DNA from: an uncultured virus (IMG/VR IMGVR_UViG_3300047678_000102)
Lineage: Duplodnaviria > Heunggongvirae > Uroviricota > Caudoviricetes
Strand: one strand, 5' to 3'
DNA length: 64,000 nucleotides
Virus record (IMG/VR): IMGVR_UViG_3300047678_000102
Both the position numbers and the translations under genes were made by a program. Each line of letters begins with the position of its first letter. The stretch's first letter is position 1. The notes beneath the pieces were generated by a model. The model worked only from the letters and a program-made list of their open reading frames with translations, was not told where the DNA came from and ran no database searches. This document shows positions 42,614 through 52,471 of this stretch, piece after piece.

Positions 42614-43096
42614 GTGGTAATGTATACTGCAGAAGAGCATTTGGACAATTTAGTTAGACACATTGATATGGTTCGTAGTGCTGGACTTTTGCTTGGTAAG
42701 AGATTGATGTGTCAAGGAAGGAAAGAATTTGGAAGAATCTTAATTGGTAATGTTTACGTTCATGATGCGAGTAAGTTTTCTGGTATAGAGTGGGATTATT
42801 TACATGCTGGGCCAGATTCCCCAAAAGAAAAGTTAGATCTTGCGGTAAAACAACACACTCATACTAACTCACATCACCCAGAATTCTGGGGTGGTGTAGA
42901 TAATATGCCTGAGATTTGTATTGCAGAGATGGTATGTGATTGGTATGCAAGAGGGATGGAATTTGGAACTGGTTTAAGAGATTGGATAAATGATGTGGCG
43001 ATTGAGAGGTATAACATTAATACTGAATCTTACAAGTATAAACAACTCGTTGGATTTGTAAACCTTTTGTTACAGGATTCTTTTGTAAGGGAATGA
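42614..43096 (+). CDS. HD-domain phosphohydrolase-like protein (DUF5662-like)
   Basis: H...HDASKF...NSHHPE...EMVCDW. Confidence 0.7.
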   Translation: MVMYTAEEHLDNLVRHIDMVRSAGLLLGKRLMCQGRKEFGRILIGNVYVHDASKFSGIEWDYLHAGPDSPKEKLDLAVKQHTHTNSHHPEFWGGVDNMPEICIAEMVCDWYARGMEFGTGLRDWINDVAIERYNINTESYKYKQLVGFVNLLLQDSFVRE

Positions 43097-43237
43097 GAGT
43101 ATGGAATTCGAATATAACTATCCACCAATAGAAACTCCAAAACATAGTTTTGCCAAACAATGGTTTTGGTTTATTGTATTCTGTTCGTTATGGATGCTAG
43201 TGGCATTCTTATGGGAATATTACAAATGGTAAGATTG

Positions 43238-43322
43238 GGAAGGTTTGGTACATTGGCTAAGTCCACCGCATTCGAAGTGCGACGCCGTAACTGGCTTCAG
43301 GGTTCAACTCCCTGACCTTCCG
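43238..43322 (+). tRNA. tRNA-Ser(CGA)
   Basis: GGAAGGT/ACCTTCC acceptor with discriminator G; CGCA-TTCGAAG-TGCG; long variable arm; CAGGG-TTCAACT-CCCTG. Confidence 0.85.
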
Positions 43323-43348
43323 CTGATTAATGTAAAAAGGAGAAATAA

Positions 43349-43785
43349 ATGAATAGGATTAGGATTCACATTCTTGGGATTTTCCTTATTCTTCCAATAG
43401 CATTCGGATGTTCTGGGTGTTTGATGGGACCAGCAAAATATGGAAAATGTCAAAGTTGTGGCAAATATTATGGGATCCGTGGTGGAAATCTTCCAGGTCA
43501 ACATAGTGTATGTAATAAATGTGGGGGACATATCTATTATCCCCCACATAAGAGTTCAGAATACTACGATTACAAACGAGTGTATGGAGGAACGGAAGAT
43601 TGAAAGTGAAATGCATTAATAATATGGGAAGTATAGATCTTACATTAGATAAAATGTATGAAATTGTAGATCTCTCATTTGAAAACGAAGACCGCACTGA
43701 TTCCTTTGGCTTGATTCGAATTGTTGATGATTCTGGAGAAGATTACTTATACCCTGCGTATTACTTTGAGGGATTAGAAAAATGA
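43349..43785 (+). other. Two small hypothetical ORFs (43349-43603 lipoprotein-like with CxxC; 43600-43785)
   Basis: AGGAG RBS; signal-like N-terminus; DDSGEDYLYP motif in the second. Confidence 0.6.
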
Positions 43786-44630
43786 TTAACCGTCGTTCGT
43801 TCTTTCAAAATGTGGTTGGTGGAATAGCAGGGTTACTTGGGTATACCCAAGTATCTAAAGCAATAGAACCAACCAATCCAGACTGCGTCCCTGGTACAGA
43901 ATTACCTGTCCCCAATAATTGGTACCATAGACCTCATAATGATATGTTTGAGGTATTAGAAAACGGAGAACCTGTTAGAAAAGATCGTCCAGGTTGGGGA
44001 TTGGTAAAGTTATTGGAGAATCCTAATCCAGAACAGACATTTTATGATTTGGTTGACGACACTAAAGATCAAATGTGGAACACTGGTATTGCTTTAATTT
44101 GGATGCCCCACAATTCCGTTGGAATTCCAAATGAATTGCATGTACTCCCAACCAATTGGTGTATTCCACACCCTGCCAGTGCAGATTATCCAGATGGGTG
44201 TTACAAAATTAAACCTGATTTCCCCTTTGCATTTCCCGATTTAACAGGAATTGCTGTTTCTGCTGAGAACATGATAAGGGTAACGTATCTCTATCCTAAA
44301 ATTCATTATTGTGGATTTCGTCCTCGCGAAACAATGCAGCAGTTGACTCTAATTGAATCAATTCCCATGAAAGAAAAAACATCTATGGTATTACCACAAG
44401 ATGAAATTGATAAAATTAGAAAAGAAATGGAAAGTACTTTCCAAGGTGCAGAAAACCAGGGGAGGTTCTATATTGCTACTCCAGGAGTAGGAGTAGAACC
44501 ATGGAGTGGAACTCCAAAGGATATGAATTATCGTTACAATATTGACCCTCTACACACAAAGATTGCAAGTGTATTAACTAGACATCTTGCCCCTAAGTTT
44601 GGTGAAAATCTTCAAGTTGTGATTAAATAG
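43782..44630 (+). CDS. Internally deleted HK97-type portal paralogue with twin-arginine-like leader
   Basis: RRSFF leader; LLENPNPEQTFYDL...TGIALIW...GIPNELHVLP; FQGAENQGR...TPKDMNY; IDPL..KIASVLTRHL. Confidence 0.65.
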   Translation: MINRRSFFQNVVGGIAGLLGYTQVSKAIEPTNPDCVPGTELPVPNNWYHRPHNDMFEVLENGEPVRKDRPGWGLVKLLENPNPEQTFYDLVDDTKDQMWNTGIALIWMPHNSVGIPNELHVLPTNWCIPHPASADYPDGCYKIKPDFPFAFPDLTGIAVSAENMIRVTYLYPKIHYCGFRPRETMQQLTLIESIPMKEKTSMVLPQDEIDKIRKEMESTFQGAENQGRFYIATPGVGVEPWSGTPKDMNYRYNIDPLHTKIASVLTRHLAPKFGENLQVVIK

Positions 44631-44638
44631 TTCAATGA

Positions 44639-44710
44639 TCCCCGGTAGCTCAATGGTAGAGCATCCCGCTGTTAACGGGACGGTTGTCCGTTCGAGTCGG
44701 ACCTGGGGAG
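44639..44710 (+). tRNA. tRNA-Asn(GTT)
   Basis: TCCCCGG/CTGGGGA; TCCCG-CTGTTAA-CGGGA; GTCCG-TTCGAGT-CGGAC. Confidence 0.95.
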
Positions 44711-44715
44711 TTTGA

Positions 44716-44786
44716 TGCTTTGTGGTGTAATGGTAGCACGCTTGGCTTTGACCCAAGAAGTCATCGTTCAAATCGATGCAAAGCAG
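44716..44786 (+). tRNA. tRNA-Gln(TTG)
   Basis: TGCTTTG/CAAAGCA; CTTGG-CTTTGAC-CCAAG; CATCG-TTCAAAT-CGATG. Confidence 0.92.
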
Positions 44787-44791
44787 GTAAA

Positions 44792-45130
44792 ATGTTAACT
44801 TTTCAAGTTCTTGAACACCAAACGGATCAATATGGAGGATATATTGAAGTCCCTCCAAACCACCCGTTAGTAGTTTTTCTTACCAATCCATTTCCAAAAA
44901 GAACGTTTGAAGATTTTATTGGGGTTTGTGAAAAGTTACTAAACTACACTCCAGATCCTATGCCAGAAATATACACCTTTTCAAAAGATGATAAAGAATT
45001 TTATGCCAAAAGAACTAAACAACAGACTTATAATTACATTGCTTCAGTATTAACTAAAAATCTTGCACCTAAATATGGACCCCGGTTAATTGTAATGATT
45101 AATGAAATCAAGAGCCCTGACATTACTTGA
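44792..45130 (+). CDS. Mini portal-derived protein
   Basis: Start reassigned to after tRNA-Gln; NHPLVVFLTNPFPKRTFEDF and IASVLTKNLAPKYG resemble 43782-44630. Confidence 0.55.
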   Translation: MLTFQVLEHQTDQYGGYIEVPPNHPLVVFLTNPFPKRTFEDFIGVCEKLLNYTPDPMPEIYTFSKDDKEFYAKRTKQQTYNYIASVLTKNLAPKYGPRLIVMINEIKSPDIT

Positions 45131-45139
45131 AACGTCAAA
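45109..45139 (+). promoter_or_regulatory. Phage promoter-like motif, copy 10
   Basis: caagagccct gacattacttgaaa cgtcaaa. Confidence 0.75.
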
Positions 45140-45167
45140 CTTGTAAGGAAGTTTAAAGGAGTCAAAT

Positions 45168-45554
45168 ATGGGATACATGGGATTGACATGTCCTTGCGAT
45201 AGCGACAACGCTTCTGAGCTCAAATTTTCTGTCATCAAAGGAATTGTTAAAAAGTTACGCAAAGGATTGAAGCAAAAGACCAATGAGTATAATACTCAAG
45301 GGCCAGTAAATGTTGTCTTGGTCTTTGAAGAGATTATCCTGCCTATCTCTAATCATCTCTGGGTTCATGAAGAGATGACAAAGCTTGCATCAGATACCAT
45401 AACTGAACTAGAAAAGTTGATTAAACAATCCAAAGAAGCAGAATGGTCAAATGAAGGCAACAGGCAGATGCACGTTAAAGCATATCAGAGAATGATAAAA
45501 AGTATGAACAAACATATCACCAACATGGAAAAGATCAGCGCAAGTATCAAATAA
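45168..45554 (+). CDS. Hypothetical protein
   Basis: AAGGAG RBS after the promoter motif. Confidence 0.65.
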   Translation: MGYMGLTCPCDSDNASELKFSVIKGIVKKLRKGLKQKTNEYNTQGPVNVVLVFEEIILPISNHLWVHEEMTKLASDTITELEKLIKQSKEAEWSNEGNRQMHVKAYQRMIKSMNKHITNMEKISASIK

Positions 45555-45575
45555 CCTATTTCAAAGGATAACACA

Positions 45576-46034
45576 ATGTCTACAAGGCGTTCGTTCTTCG
45601 GAAAATTAGCTGCTTCTACCCTAGCATTTCTAGGATTAAACACAACCGTAAAAGGTTGTTTGACACCATCAGAATTACGAAAACCTATACAGCAAGAATT
45701 AATAGACAGTGCGAAAAATAATCTTTCTGAGATAACAAACAAACATCAAATAACATGTTTTAATTTAGATCAAAAGATTGAATATGACAATGATTTGCGC
45801 AGAAAAAGAACAGTTATGGGTAAGATTTCAGGATACAATCTAGAGACAAGTCCAGCATTTATTATAATGCTGAACGCAATAAAACCTCTGCCTCGATTCA
45901 AAAGAGAAAGTTCTACGTATAAATTAGAACCTATTATTTCTACACTAGATGCCAAAGGTGAGGATATACTTTACTGGCAGAGTTTAAGTTTTATTGCTGT
46001 TGACAAAGAAATCGTTGTCGAAAAGGAGAGCTGA
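45576..46034 (+). CDS. Hypothetical protein with twin-arginine-like leader
   Basis: MSTRRSFFGKLAASTLAFLGL. Confidence 0.6.
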   Translation: MSTRRSFFGKLAASTLAFLGLNTTVKGCLTPSELRKPIQQELIDSAKNNLSEITNKHQITCFNLDQKIEYDNDLRRKRTVMGKISGYNLETSPAFIIMLNAIKPLPRFKRESSTYKLEPIISTLDAKGEDILYWQSLSFIAVDKEIVVEKES

Positions 46035-46036
46035 CC

Positions 46037-46882
46037 ATGAACGATGATCTGGGGGACCGTCAAAAAGAGTATGAAAATATAGAGGCAGATAGAAAGTTTA
46101 TTCCTACCTTGCCCGTTATGGCTCGTATTGATGGTAAATGTTTCTCATCGTTCACCAAAGGAATGCAAAGACCATTTGACCCTAACATGAGCGGTTTAAT
46201 GGTTGAAACCACTAAGAAATTGGTTGAAGAAACCAATGCTAGATGTGGCTACACTCAAAGTGATGAGATCTCTTTAGTTTGGCACGAACACGACTATAAA
46301 TCCCAGATCTTCTTTAATGGTCGAGTTCAGAAGATGTGTAGTGTATTAGCTTCTATGGCTACACTGTACTTTAATAATGAACTGCCAAACTTCTTCTATC
46401 ACAACTGTGATGTCCTTTTGAATAAATTTCCGATGTTTGATTGTCGTGTTTGGCAATTACCGACTCGTACAGAAGCGGTAAATTGCTTTGTGTGGAGAGA
46501 ACAAGATGCTACCAAGAATAGTATCAGTATGGCGGCAAGACACTACTATTCTCATAACGAACTGATGAACAAAAATGGTAAAGAAATGCAAGAGATGTTG
46601 TTCCAAAAGGGAGTGAACTGGAATGACTATCCTGTGTTTTTCAAACGTGGTACATATATACAAAAGAAAACCGTGATTAGAAAATTCACTACTGGTGAAT
46701 TAGGAAAACTACCTCCGATGCACGAAGCAAGAAAAAATCCAGATTTGGTTATTGAAAGATCTGAGATTAAAACCATTCAATTACCTGTTTTGACCACAAT
46801 CCAAAACAGGATTGATGTAATTTTAAACGGTGCTGATCCTATAGTAGCGGATAAGATTGTGATGGGTAACCAAAATGAATGA
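46037..46882 (+). CDS. tRNA(His) guanylyltransferase Thg1-like 3'-5' polymerase
   Basis: RIDGKCFSSFT, YTQSDEISL, FDCRV, WREQD...NS, KRG. Confidence 0.92.
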   Translation: MNDDLGDRQKEYENIEADRKFIPTLPVMARIDGKCFSSFTKGMQRPFDPNMSGLMVETTKKLVEETNARCGYTQSDEISLVWHEHDYKSQIFFNGRVQKMCSVLASMATLYFNNELPNFFYHNCDVLLNKFPMFDCRVWQLPTRTEAVNCFVWREQDATKNSISMAARHYYSHNELMNKNGKEMQEMLFQKGVNWNDYPVFFKRGTYIQKKTVIRKFTTGELGKLPPMHEARKNPDLVIERSEIKTIQLPVLTTIQNRIDVILNGADPIVADKIVMGNQNE

Positions 46883-47041
46883 AATCGAAAAGTTTGGAAG
46901 ATATCTCACTAATGATCTAATCAATGGTGATTTCTTTGCTTATGTGTGTTTCATAGCTATCTTTTTGGTAGCATTCCAAATTATTGGATGGTCTTACATA
47001 TTCTTTGAACAGATGTTGAAATCTACAAGAAGTAGCGACTA

Positions 47042-47560
47042 ATGAAAACCCTTCATTTTCTTAACCTCACTGATGGACTGGAATGGATTCCTTTGTTAGG
47101 AGATAATCCCTATCAATTTCTAAGGATTGAATCCACCAGTATTGAGAAGAATGATTGGATGGGATTGCTATTAAACTTAGACCATAATCTTCTGATTAAT
47201 TTAGCCATCGGAAATAAATGTATTGTGTACGATTGTGGTACACGTAGACCAATAAGCAAAACAATATCTAAAGGTATCCCATATATCAAATCATTTCTTA
47301 CAGATATGTGGATATCTAAGATCAATTTTAGAGCAGAAACCAAGTTGAAACAACTTGTAAAGAAGAAAATTCAATATTACAATAGATACTTAGCTACTGA
47401 AGAAGTGAATATTATTGGTAGATCGATGATGACTACCAATAATGGAAATAAAGATTATTATCGAGAGATCTTATTGAATGCCAACAGATCAAAGCAAAGA
47501 TCCAATTGTAGCAGCAACGACTTCGGATTGGCACCTATGGCCACGAGCGCCTTTATTTAG
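47042..47560 (+). CDS. Hypothetical phage protein
   Basis: 172-aa ORF. Confidence 0.55.
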   Translation: MKTLHFLNLTDGLEWIPLLGDNPYQFLRIESTSIEKNDWMGLLLNLDHNLLINLAIGNKCIVYDCGTRRPISKTISKGIPYIKSFLTDMWISKINFRAETKLKQLVKKKIQYYNRYLATEEVNIIGRSMMTTNNGNKDYYREILLNANRSKQRSNCSSNDFGLAPMATSAFI

Positions 47561-48422
47561 ATCTTCAGAAACAAATTGGTTAGAAGTTCAAGCAAATTAC
47601 TTACATCAATTGTATGATGTACTTCCTAAACCACCATCTGCTGTACCACTTATATTTGCAGGTGATTTAGCAGACAAAGCTGATCCTAGCTCTTCATTTC
47701 TATCCTGGTGTTGGGATCATATACCAGAATGTTATGTAATAGCCGGAAATCACGATTTACCACACCATAGACTGCAAGATTTAGATAAATCTATCTTAGG
47801 TGCTTTGATTAAACTTGGTAGATGTAAATTACTTCAACCAGAGACACCAACTTATTTTTTTGAGTCTAATTTATACGCTTATGGATTCTCTTGGGGACAG
47901 GATGTACAACCACCCAAGAATAAATCAAAAGATGCCATTCATTTAGCAGTAGTTCATGCGTATATTTGGACTAAGAAAACTGGCTATCCTGGAGCACCAG
48001 AAGAAAAAAGATTAGGGTCTTGGCAAGATAAATTGAAGGATTATAGCTGTGCTGTATTTGGCGATAATCACAAAGGGTTTCTATCAGAAAAAGATGGTTG
48101 TTGTTCAGTATTAAATCACGGTACAATGATGATCCGAAAATCTGATGAACATAATCATAAGCCGTGTGTGGGATTGATACATCAAAGTGGTAAAATTACA
48201 AGACATTATCTAGATACTAGTAAGGATAAATACATAGAAGTGGATGAGCTTAAAAACATCTTAGATTCTGAATCTAGTATTGACACTGATGCTTTCCTCA
48301 AAGAGTTGGAAGCACTAGGTGATAAAGGTCTTGATTATGTTGCTTCTGTAAAGAGATGGTGTGAAAATAATAAGATCAGTGAGAAAGCATACAAACTTGT
48401 GTTGGAAATTCTTCATCATTAA
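47478..48422 (+). CDS. Mre11/SbcD-like nuclease
   Basis: SDWHL, AGDL, GNHD, VVH and GDNH metallophosphoesterase motifs; near the Rad50 halves. Confidence 0.85.
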   Translation: MPTDQSKDPIVAATTSDWHLWPRAPLFRSSETNWLEVQANYLHQLYDVLPKPPSAVPLIFAGDLADKADPSSSFLSWCWDHIPECYVIAGNHDLPHHRLQDLDKSILGALIKLGRCKLLQPETPTYFFESNLYAYGFSWGQDVQPPKNKSKDAIHLAVVHAYIWTKKTGYPGAPEEKRLGSWQDKLKDYSCAVFGDNHKGFLSEKDGCCSVLNHGTMMIRKSDEHNHKPCVGLIHQSGKITRHYLDTSKDKYIEVDELKNILDSESSIDTDAFLKELEALGDKGLDYVASVKRWCENNKISEKAYKLVLEILHH

Positions 48423-48436
48423 CTAAGGAGATCTTT

Positions 48437-49344
48437 GTGCCTGAGAGTTTCTGGGCGTTTTTTCTGATTGGTACTGTCAGTACTGTTCTTATGTGGGATG
48501 AGGTCTATTATCTATTGTTCAAACAAATACCACACCAAACTTCTGATTTTAGAAATAAAATTGGTGGTTGGTTTAAAAAGTTTGGAAATGGAATTAAATT
48601 GTCCTTTATGTATGTAATAAACAAGATTATGGCGTGGTATCGGGGTGGGAAAAAGAAATGCTATCGTTAGACGAATATAATCAACATGTGAAAAACTACG
48701 AACGAATTCGTAGATTGACAGATCAAGCACAAGGTGCATATGATCAGTTTGTTGAGAATTTGAAGCAAGAAACAGGATGTGAGAACGAAGAAGAAGCTAG
48801 GAAACGGTTAGAAAAGTTAGATAAGAAAATAGAAGCAAAATTACCATTAGTGCAAAAAGCAGAAGAAGATTTTAACAAAAAGTGGAGTGGTAACATCCAA
48901 GGAGACTGAACAATGACAAAGCAAGAGTACTACAATAAACTTGTTAAGTGCGCATCAGACGGTACATTTCCTTCTGGAGGCGAGGGTGGATGCTGGTATA
49001 GAAATGGACCACATCAATGTGCTGTAGGTATACTGATTCCAGAATCAATGTATTTAAGCGCTTTTGAAGGATTACCTGTAGATTGTTTGTTTGTAAACGA
49101 AAAACTCCCTTATGATCTCATACCTGAATCAATGACACTCAGCGACTTATTAAACCTACAAAATGTACATGATACAAATGCGCGTGAAGGTTGGAATTCA
49201 AATAAATTCATACAATCAATTAATATAGCAGGGTGTTTTCAAGATGTGGTGCAGGTTCTATCACAATCTGAGGAAGATGAGATTAACAACCGAATTTGGG
49301 AAACCCACGATGCTATTTCACATCCTAGATTGAACGGTGGTTGA
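48437..49344 (+). other. Three ORFs (48437-48670 membrane; 48658-48909 short coiled coil, possible Rad50 spacer; 48913-49344 hypothetical)
   Basis: Co-oriented abutting ORFs. Confidence 0.55.
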
Positions 49345-49349
49345 TCTAC

Positions 49350-49380
49350 CAAGAGCCCTGACATTCTCTTAACCGTCAAA
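49350..49380 (+). promoter_or_regulatory. Phage promoter-like motif, copy 11
   Basis: caagagccct gacattctcttaac cgtcaaa. Confidence 0.75.
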
Positions 49381-49424
49381 TATGAAGGGAGATTTAGGTT
49401 TAACACAGCTAAGGAGAAAATACA

Positions 49425-50123
49425 ATGATGTATTGGATGGAGTTCACTCTCACGGGAGTTGGTGTTCTAATTGGTATTGGTGCTAGTTTTGCATTTTGGA
49501 TTTTGTTCAAAAAGAAGCCTCCTGTGGCCACACAAATAGTAACTCACAGATTAAGTGTTATTGACAAAGAAAGACATGATCTTGAAAACAATAGTGTAGA
49601 TAAAGATCTTCGTAGGGAACACAAAACCCTTTCTGTCAATCACATGATTATCAAAAAGGATATGGAATACTACAAGAGGTGTTCAGAACAATGCCGTAAA
49701 GATCTGGAAAAGTCTAAAGAAGAGTTGAAGATCACCAACGAGCTTTTAGAAGCTTACAAAGAAGAAAACAATGAACTTCAAGAATACAAACTACATTTAG
49801 AAGAGCTTATCCTTCCAGATCCACCAAAGGATCTAGATATTGATATTTCTTTGGAAGAAGCAGAAGGGTGGACAGCGTAAATGACATGCGAAGAATTTTT
49901 AGTTGTTTATGAAAAAAACCCTTTTCATGCTACAAGGGCCGAAAGAACTGCATTTCGTAATCATGCCAAGCAATGTGATTCTTGTCGAACAATTATGTTA
50001 GACGCTGCCAAAGAGATTTGGGGAAGTCTCTCCCCAAATGAAAGGCAAATTATTCTAGACAAAGCATTACCTCCCCTTAAAAATCTTTACGACCAAGACA
50101 CTTCAGATCCAGAATGCCAATGA
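49425..50123 (+). other. Two ORFs (49425-49880 TM plus coiled coil; 49881-50123 with HxxxCxxC anti-sigma-like zinc motif)
   Basis: MTCEEF...HAKQCDSC resembles zf-HC2. Confidence 0.55.
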
Positions 50124-50695
50124 TAGATTTAAAATCATTACGAAAAAAAACAGATAAATTGTTAGCTGATAGGGAATATGCGCTCAAGAAAGTAGTTGAA
50201 GAACGTGAAGCATTGGAAGAATCAAAAGAAGATCTGAAAGCAGCTCTGGAAGTTCAAGGAATCTTCCAGAGCCACGCCGAATTTATTCAAACACAAGTAC
50301 ACTCCCAAATTTCTTCAGTAGTGACTAGATGTTTGAAATCCGTTTTTGGACCTACTGGACCAGAGTTCAAAATAGATTTCAAACGAGCACGTGGTAAAAC
50401 CGAAGCCAGGCTAATCTTCACTAAAAATGGTGAAGAATTTGTTCCTACTGAAGAAGATGGTGGAGGTGTAGTTGATATAGCCGCTTTAGCCCTACGATTA
50501 ACATGTCTAAGGTTATCTACACCAACATTAAGAAGATTGATCGTTGCAGATGAACCTTTTAAATGGGTTAACGGAGAAGAATTTCAAGAGAGGGTGGGAG
50601 ATCTAATTAGAAACCTAGCTCATGAATTCAAAGTGCAGTTTGTTATTGTGAGTGACGATGCTTGGTTACGGCAAGGTAAAATAGTGGAGATGTAA
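50114..50695 (+). CDS. Rad50/SbcC-like ATPase, C-terminal half
   Basis: Coiled coil, degenerate signature EDGGGVVD, Walker B LIVADEPF, FVIVS. Confidence 0.8.
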   Translation: MPMIDLKSLRKKTDKLLADREYALKKVVEEREALEESKEDLKAALEVQGIFQSHAEFIQTQVHSQISSVVTRCLKSVFGPTGPEFKIDFKRARGKTEARLIFTKNGEEFVPTEEDGGGVVDIAALALRLTCLRLSTPTLRRLIVADEPFKWVNGEEFQERVGDLIRNLAHEFKVQFVIVSDDAWLRQGKIVEM

Positions 50696-50908
50696 ATGAG
50701 AGATAGAAATACTATAAATACATATGTTAAACCAACAATAGGAGTTATTCTTCTGTTGTTAGGATTTATTGTTTCAGTTTCTATCCAACTAGCTAATCCA
50801 GATATGACACCAACTAGATTGTGGTTGGAATATCCTTGGTATCTTGTTACCAGTCTTGTATCTGCAATAATTGGACTTTTTATGATCAAAGGTATTCTTG
50901 AATCTTAA
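50696..50908 (+). CDS. Small two-TM membrane protein
   Basis: Two hydrophobic helices. Confidence 0.55.
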   Translation: MRDRNTINTYVKPTIGVILLLLGFIVSVSIQLANPDMTPTRLWLEYPWYLVTSLVSAIIGLFMIKGILES

Positions 50909-51053
50909 TCTTCTATCTCACACTTCTTTAAAATTAATCCTCTTTTGTCCTAATCCCGTCATTTAAGTTATAATCAAGGTTAGTCGAACACAACGACTGA
51001 CTTTGATTATTTCTTCGTTGTCACATTTCATCCCTATGAAAGAGGATTATATT

Positions 51054-51365
51054 ATGAGTTTCTATTCTTATCCGTCAAGTCTACCAGTTGAAGAAGGTAA
51101 GTATTTGGCCCCAATTCTTCGTGGCACCGTCCCTGACGATCTACCAAAGGCTCTGCAGGCCGCTTGGGTAATCCAGGGTTACGCTATGAATGCGTTTATC
51201 CCAGTCCCTCCTCCAATCACTGTTATGTCTGAACTACAAGTTGCAGACGTTTTTGATGATCTTGGAAACCCAACCACATCAGCAAGTATTCCTTGGGATT
51301 TAATCCTTCCAATTATCAGTAATTTATTGATGGATTTCCTCAAGAAGAAGCTTGGAGGTAAGTAA
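51054..51365 (+). CDS. Hypothetical protein
   Basis: Start reassigned to ATG 51054 (AGAGG RBS). Confidence 0.6.
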   Translation: MSFYSYPSSLPVEEGKYLAPILRGTVPDDLPKALQAAWVIQGYAMNAFIPVPPPITVMSELQVADVFDDLGNPTTSASIPWDLILPIISNLLMDFLKKKLGGK

Positions 51366-51367
51366 AC

Positions 51368-52417
51368 ATGCCTACAGACGGGCCAATTTACCAACTCCCT
51401 CCATACATAGTAGAAGAAGGCTACGTTACCCTAACTCAAACTATTGACTGGGGTGTACAGATGCTCGGCGTCCCTTCCTTATGGGCCAAAACCAAAGGCA
51501 AGGGAATTACTATTGCAGTTATTGATACCGGAGCGTCTGTCAATCATCCAGATTTAGTTGGGGCAATTGCAGACGCACAAGACTTCACTGGAAGTCCTTA
51601 TGGTTCTGCAGATAAACAAGGGCACTCAACACACTGCTGTGGTATTATAGGTGCTAGAGATAACCAAATTGGCATAGTTGGTGTTGCTCCAGAAGCTACT
51701 GTTGTATGCGGTAAGGTATTAGGAGATAATGGTAGTGGTTCTGGTGTTAGTGTATCTAACGGTATTCTTTGGGCAGTTCAGAAGAAAGTAGACATCATCA
51801 GTATGAGTTTGGGTTCTCCTTACCCAGATCAACGAATTAAAGATGCTATTGATGTTGCTTTAGCAGCTGGAATTCCTGTAATTGCCGCAGCAGGTAATGA
51901 AGGGCCAAATCTCGATACTGTTGGCTATCCAGCTAGATTCCCTGGTGTAATTAGTGTTGGTAGCATCGACAGAAGTAAGCAAATTAGCCGATTCAGCTCA
52001 AGAGGCGATCGTGTTGATATTGCTGCTCCTGGAGATCAAATTACCAGTACATATCTTAACAATGGATATGCTACTTTAAGTGGCACGTCTATGGCAACAC
52101 CTTTCGTTGCTGGAGTATGTGCTTTGTTACTGGCAGTAAGAAAAGCTGCTGGAATGGAAAAACTTACTCCAGACAAATTAATTGATTTACTTCATCGTAC
52201 ATCAGTTGATTTAGGTAGTCCTGGAGTCGATACTGATTATGGATTTGGATTAGTCAATCCAGAGAAATTGTTAGTTGATGTCATTCCAGTTCCTCCTCCG
52301 GTAATAGTTCCAATTAAACAAATTGTATTAGGGCCATCTGATTTAACTTCAGAAGGTGCCGCTAAGATCCGCCAAGTGTTTGGCGGAGATATTGCACTCA
52401 CTCTAAGAACTGTCTAA
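51368..52417 (+). CDS. Subtilisin-like serine protease (S8)
   Basis: VIDTG, HSTHCCG, AAAGN, GTSMATP. Confidence 0.95.
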   Translation: MPTDGPIYQLPPYIVEEGYVTLTQTIDWGVQMLGVPSLWAKTKGKGITIAVIDTGASVNHPDLVGAIADAQDFTGSPYGSADKQGHSTHCCGIIGARDNQIGIVGVAPEATVVCGKVLGDNGSGSGVSVSNGILWAVQKKVDIISMSLGSPYPDQRIKDAIDVALAAGIPVIAAAGNEGPNLDTVGYPARFPGVISVGSIDRSKQISRFSSRGDRVDIAAPGDQITSTYLNNGYATLSGTSMATPFVAGVCALLLAVRKAAGMEKLTPDKLIDLLHRTSVDLGSPGVDTDYGFGLVNPEKLLVDVIPVPPPVIVPIKQIVLGPSDLTSEGAAKIRQVFGGDIALTLRTV

Positions 52418-52419
52418 AT

Positions 52420-52467
52420 AACAACACGGACGCAGAATAAACAATAATATTCTGCGTCCGTGTTGTT
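52420..52467. terminator. 20-bp perfect hairpin between convergent gene blocks (bidirectional terminator)
   Basis: aacaacacggacgcagaata / tattctgcgtccgtgttgtt. Confidence 0.8.
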
Positions 52468-52471
52468 TACA

